A stretch of 57,267 nucleotides of DNA from Candidatus Berkelbacteria bacterium (GTDB lineage Bacteria > Patescibacteriota > UBA1384 > 2-12-FULL-50-11): assembly GCA_024654065.1 (NCBI GenBank), contig JANLIQ010000056.1, forward strand, positions 1 to 57,267, given 5' to 3'. This document shows positions 55,497 to 57,267 of the stretch, piece after piece. The notes beneath the pieces are model-generated. The model was given only the letters and a program-made list of their open reading frames with translations. It was not told the origin of the DNA and searched no databases. A program made the translations under genes and the position numbers. The number at the start of each line of letters is the position of its first letter. The first letter of the stretch is position 1.

Positions 55497-55815
55497 CCAA
55501 AAGCTCTACGAGTTCCAACTGGAGTTGCATACTTGCGTTATTTCCTTTCCTAAAGTTGATAAGCACACCCTTGGCCAACAGCTTCAGACTAAAACCCTCC
55601 AGTTGATCGAGACAATTTTCCTAGCCAGTCGTCAGACGGTCGACACCAAGAAAGGCACCCTGCTTGAGTCAAACAGTCAGCTCGACCTACTGAAACTATT
55701 AGTTAGAATGAGTGCCGATATCAAAGCCCTAAATCAGAAGAAGTATATGTTATTGCAAAGAATGCTTCAAGAAGTTGGTAAAATGCTTGGTGGATGGCTC
55801 AGAAGCCTAGACTAA
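55393..55815 (+). CDS. avd: Avd-like accessory variability determinant (four-helix bundle), encoded on the opposite strand to RT/TR/VR
   Basis: ...IIQKLYEFQLELHTCVISFPKVDKHTLGQQL...LDLLKLLVRMSADIKAL...LLQRMLQEVGKMLGGWLRS parallels Bordetella phage bAvd (FPK/IPRKH..., ...EVGRILGSWI). The conserved core starts at about 55480, where there is no ATG/GTG/TTG. The only ATG (55393) makes a 104-nt head-to-head overlap with the RT. Confidence 0.7.
   Translation: MSKEIICAKVPSWNKTRLLSPPPNGIFSTGEIPIIQKLYEFQLELHTCVISFPKVDKHTLGQQLQTKTLQLIETIFLASRQTVDTKKGTLLESNSQLDLLKLLVRMSADIKALNQKKYMLLQRMLQEVGKMLGGWLRSLD
55452..55461. repeat. Homopolymeric tract C10 (+ strand) / G10 (- strand)
   Basis: Counted directly: gCCCCCCCCCCaacgg. 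It encodes LGGG in the RT frame (codons 12-15) and SPPPN in the long avd frame. Confidence 0.95.
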
Positions 55816-55843
55816 CCAAAACTCCCCGCGATCAGGCGGGGAG
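55814..55843 (-). terminator. Hairpin plus U-tract immediately 3' of TR (terminator-like; possible TR-RNA 3' structure)
   Basis: Minus-strand CUCCCCGC-CUGAUC-GCGGGGAG followed by UUUUGGUU. It begins 13 nt after the end of TR/VR homology and also lies just past the avd stop codon on the other strand. Confidence 0.5.
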
Positions 55844-55855
55844 AAACACTGACAG

Positions 55856-55989
55856 TTGCGGCAGAACACCAGACGGTAGTTGCCATTCCAGACATTGTCC
55901 GGGTTGGCATAGTTCCTGTTGACCCACGAACCGTTGGAATTGCGTTCAACGTTGAGGACGTTCAGGTTGCCGTTAGCGTCCGCTTTGTG
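55856..55989 (-). repeat. DGR template repeat (TR)
   Basis: This is the invariant, adenine-bearing copy. Its minus-sense pseudo-ORF is Asn-rich (ADANGNLNVLNVERNSNGSWVNRNYANPDNVWNGNYRLVFCR). The tracked ORF 55807-56028 is this repeat, not a gene. Confidence 0.9.
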
Positions 55990-56215
55990 AGAAGCGCCAT
56001 CTGTATCCACTGCCCTGAGTCCGTACACTGGGGCTGTATTTTATGCGGCATTCAAATGCCAGAGCGCCTCACACCAAGTATCATATGTTTTTTAGGTTGT
56101 CTCGCGTGTCACACTGCTACAAACCTTGGTCTGCAGCACTCTGGATCGTAACGAGTTCCTAGATTCGGTAGCGGGCAGCCGTAACCGCCTGCGTATTCAC
56201 CTAATACCGCTGGTT

Positions 56216-56243
56216 ATTGTAGCTAAAAGTATCGGTAGATCAA
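56216..56243 (-). promoter_or_regulatory. Possible promoter for the TR transcript
   Basis: Minus-strand TTGATC-16 nt-TACAAT, located just after the target-gene terminator and about 225 nt upstream of TR. Confidence 0.3.
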
Positions 56244-56251
56244 GGAAGCTC

Positions 56252-56291
56252 AAAAAAAATATATGAAGAAGGCCGCGCAAGCGCGGCCTTC
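56252..56291 (-). terminator. GC-rich hairpin (10-bp stem, 4-nt loop) plus U-rich tract downstream of VR
   Basis: Minus-strand GAAGGCCGCG-CUUG-CGCGGCCUUC followed by UUCAUAUAUUUUUUUU. It lies 53 nt 3' of VR. It is the terminator of the target gene and a candidate DGR target-recognition hairpin. Confidence 0.65.
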
Positions 56292-56340
56292 GGGCAAAGC
56301 CCAAGAACACAAGAAAGTACAAGGTGCCAAGCCGCAAGAC

Positions 56341-57033
56341 TTACTTGCGGCAGAACACCAGACGGTAGTAGCCACTCCAGACAATGTCCGGGATGGCATA
56401 GTTCCCGTAGACCCACGAACCGTAGGAATAGCGTACAACGCTGAGGACGATCAGGTCGCCGTAAGCGTCCGCTAAGGGTTCGGAAACGACGATCCGCCAC
56501 TCGTCCATCGGCTGATCGGTGTACTCGCGGCGAAGCTGCAGAGCAGTCTCGTCGGGGCACTTACCGAAGCCGAACTCGTCGAGCTTGGCGTAGATGTCGC
56601 TGACCTTGGCTCCGTTGGGGAAACCCAACTCGGCGACCGTCGCCGTATACAGATCGAGCTTGCGCTCCTCTGTCTCAACGGTGAACAACTTGTTCTTGAC
56701 GACCTCCTTCGCCCAATCGGACAGCTTGTGACCTTCGGTTTCGACGGTCTTCTGCAAATCCTTCTTGTTCGGGTGGGTGCCAACGGTAATGGTCTTCCAG
56801 GCCGGGCGCTCGCTGAATGCGAGAACTTCGGCGCGCTTGGTAGCGCGGGCTTCGAACAGCTTGTAGAGTTCCTCGACAAAGTCGGGATCTCCCTTCACCA
56901 ATTCAAGCTTGGCAAGGCCGCCGGGGTACTTGAGCGACGCGTCTTCGACGATGCGTCCCATGTGCTTGGCGAGGCCGTCAGAGACGGGCTTGAATTCGGA
57001 AGTTCCGGGTGTAGTTGAAGTAGGCTGAGACAT
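56341..57033 (-). CDS. DGR target (variable) protein, VR at the extreme C-terminus
   Basis: GC-rich ORF. The preferred start is ATG 57033 (AAGGAG upstream), giving 231 aa with no signal peptide or TM helix. The C-terminus is ...ADAYGDLIVLSVVRYSYGSWVYGNYAIPDIVWSGYYRLVFCRK-stop. Confidence 0.85.
   Translation of the reverse strand: MSQPTSTTPGTSEFKPVSDGLAKHMGRIVEDASLKYPGGLAKLELVKGDPDFVEELYKLFEARATKRAEVLAFSERPAWKTITVGTHPNKKDLQKTVETEGHKLSDWAKEVVKNKLFTVETEERKLDLYTATVAELGFPNGAKVSDIYAKLDEFGFGKCPDETALQLRREYTDQPMDEWRIVVSEPLADAYGDLIVLSVVRYSYGSWVYGNYAIPDIVWSGYYRLVFCRK
56345..56478 (-). repeat. DGR variable repeat (VR)
   Basis: Aligns to 55856-55989 at a 489-nt offset. The 16 mismatches are all TR-A to VR-T/G/C in the minus sense, and the other 118 positions are identical. 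Confidence 0.9.
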
Positions 57034-57161
57034 CTCAGGTAGCTTCTCCTTGCGGTTTATATTCCGCGGTTGAGGCCAACTCACTATTGAGATGGACTGC
57101 AAAGAATTAAGTTATTATTTCTCTGAAGTCCACCTCAATTATTTGTTAATTTACTTGCCGA

Positions 57162-57190
57162 ACTATACCACAATCTATCGAGAAAGTCAA
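57162..57190 (-). promoter_or_regulatory. Strong sigma-70-like promoter of the DGR target gene
   Basis: Minus-strand TTGACT-17 nt-TATAGT with an extended -10 TG (TGGTATAGT), about 130 nt upstream of ATG 57033. Confidence 0.5.
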
Positions 57191-57267
57191 GAGAATTGAG
57201 GGTAATGTGGATTCTAAACCTAACCCGCCAGGCAATGTAGAATAAGCGGAAAAGAAAGGCGGGTCAG

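Larger units (their letters stand above)
54441..57190 (-). mobile_element. Diversity-generating retroelement (DGR) cassette: target gene with VR, TR, inverted avd, RT
   Basis: See the component features below. TR and VR are 134 nt long with 16 mismatches, all at TR adenines in the sense of the target gene and the RT. Confidence 0.9.

Noticed and set aside
55807-56028. 73-aa ORF on the minus strand (MYGLRAVDTDGASHKADANGNLNVLNVERNSNG...).
   Set aside because: It is the DGR template repeat read as protein. It is Asn-rich because of AAC design, has no RBS or independent homology, and runs into the post-TR hairpin. I annotated it as TR, not CDS.

Overview
This 57.3-kb chromosomal window comes from a compact, gene-dense bacterium. 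The gene content suggests a Patescibacteria/CPR-type (Saccharibacteria-like) organism: many small membrane proteins, a type IV pilin, FtsEX plus a PcsB-like CHAP hydrolase, a DGR, and only patchy nucleotide biosynthesis. That taxonomic call is inference only.

The backbone is housekeeping: folD (truncated at the window edge), thrS, smpB, ychF, typA, a DEAD-box helicase, ndh-type oxidoreductase, ftsE/ftsX, secA and serS. There are also five tRNAs (Arg-TCG, His-GTG, Arg-TCT, Val-GAC, Glu-TTC) and a tmRNA.

Visibly more G+C-rich accessory islets are interspersed:
- an M23 peptidase
- a GreA/B-like orphan
- a pyrE-like/pyrF pair
- a purS-purS-purL fusion plus purQ next to tRNA-Glu
- the target gene of a diversity-generating retroelement

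The strongest finding is a complete DGR at the right end (54.4-57.2 kb).
- It has a reverse transcriptase with YADD and GNLTSQ motifs, an Avd-like four-helix protein, a 134-nt template repeat, and a variable repeat at the 3' end of a 231-aa target gene.
- All 16 TR/VR mismatches fall on template adenines.
- Its layout is unusual. avd is inverted and overlaps the RT start head-to-head, and a 10-nt G/C homopolymer sits in that overlap as a candidate phase-variation switch.

Other notable items:
- a candidate cobalamin riboswitch in front of a DUF4430 operon
- an XRE-HTH::Hsp20 fusion preceded by a perfect 22-bp palindrome
- a tightly coupled csoR-DUF1573-CcdA-like-copB copper operon
- an S8 protease with three Cys/Asp-rich repeats and a 17-proline run
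- two genes interrupted by in-frame stop codons (a pilin and a small GC-rich ORF)

No CRISPR array, rRNA or transposase was seen.
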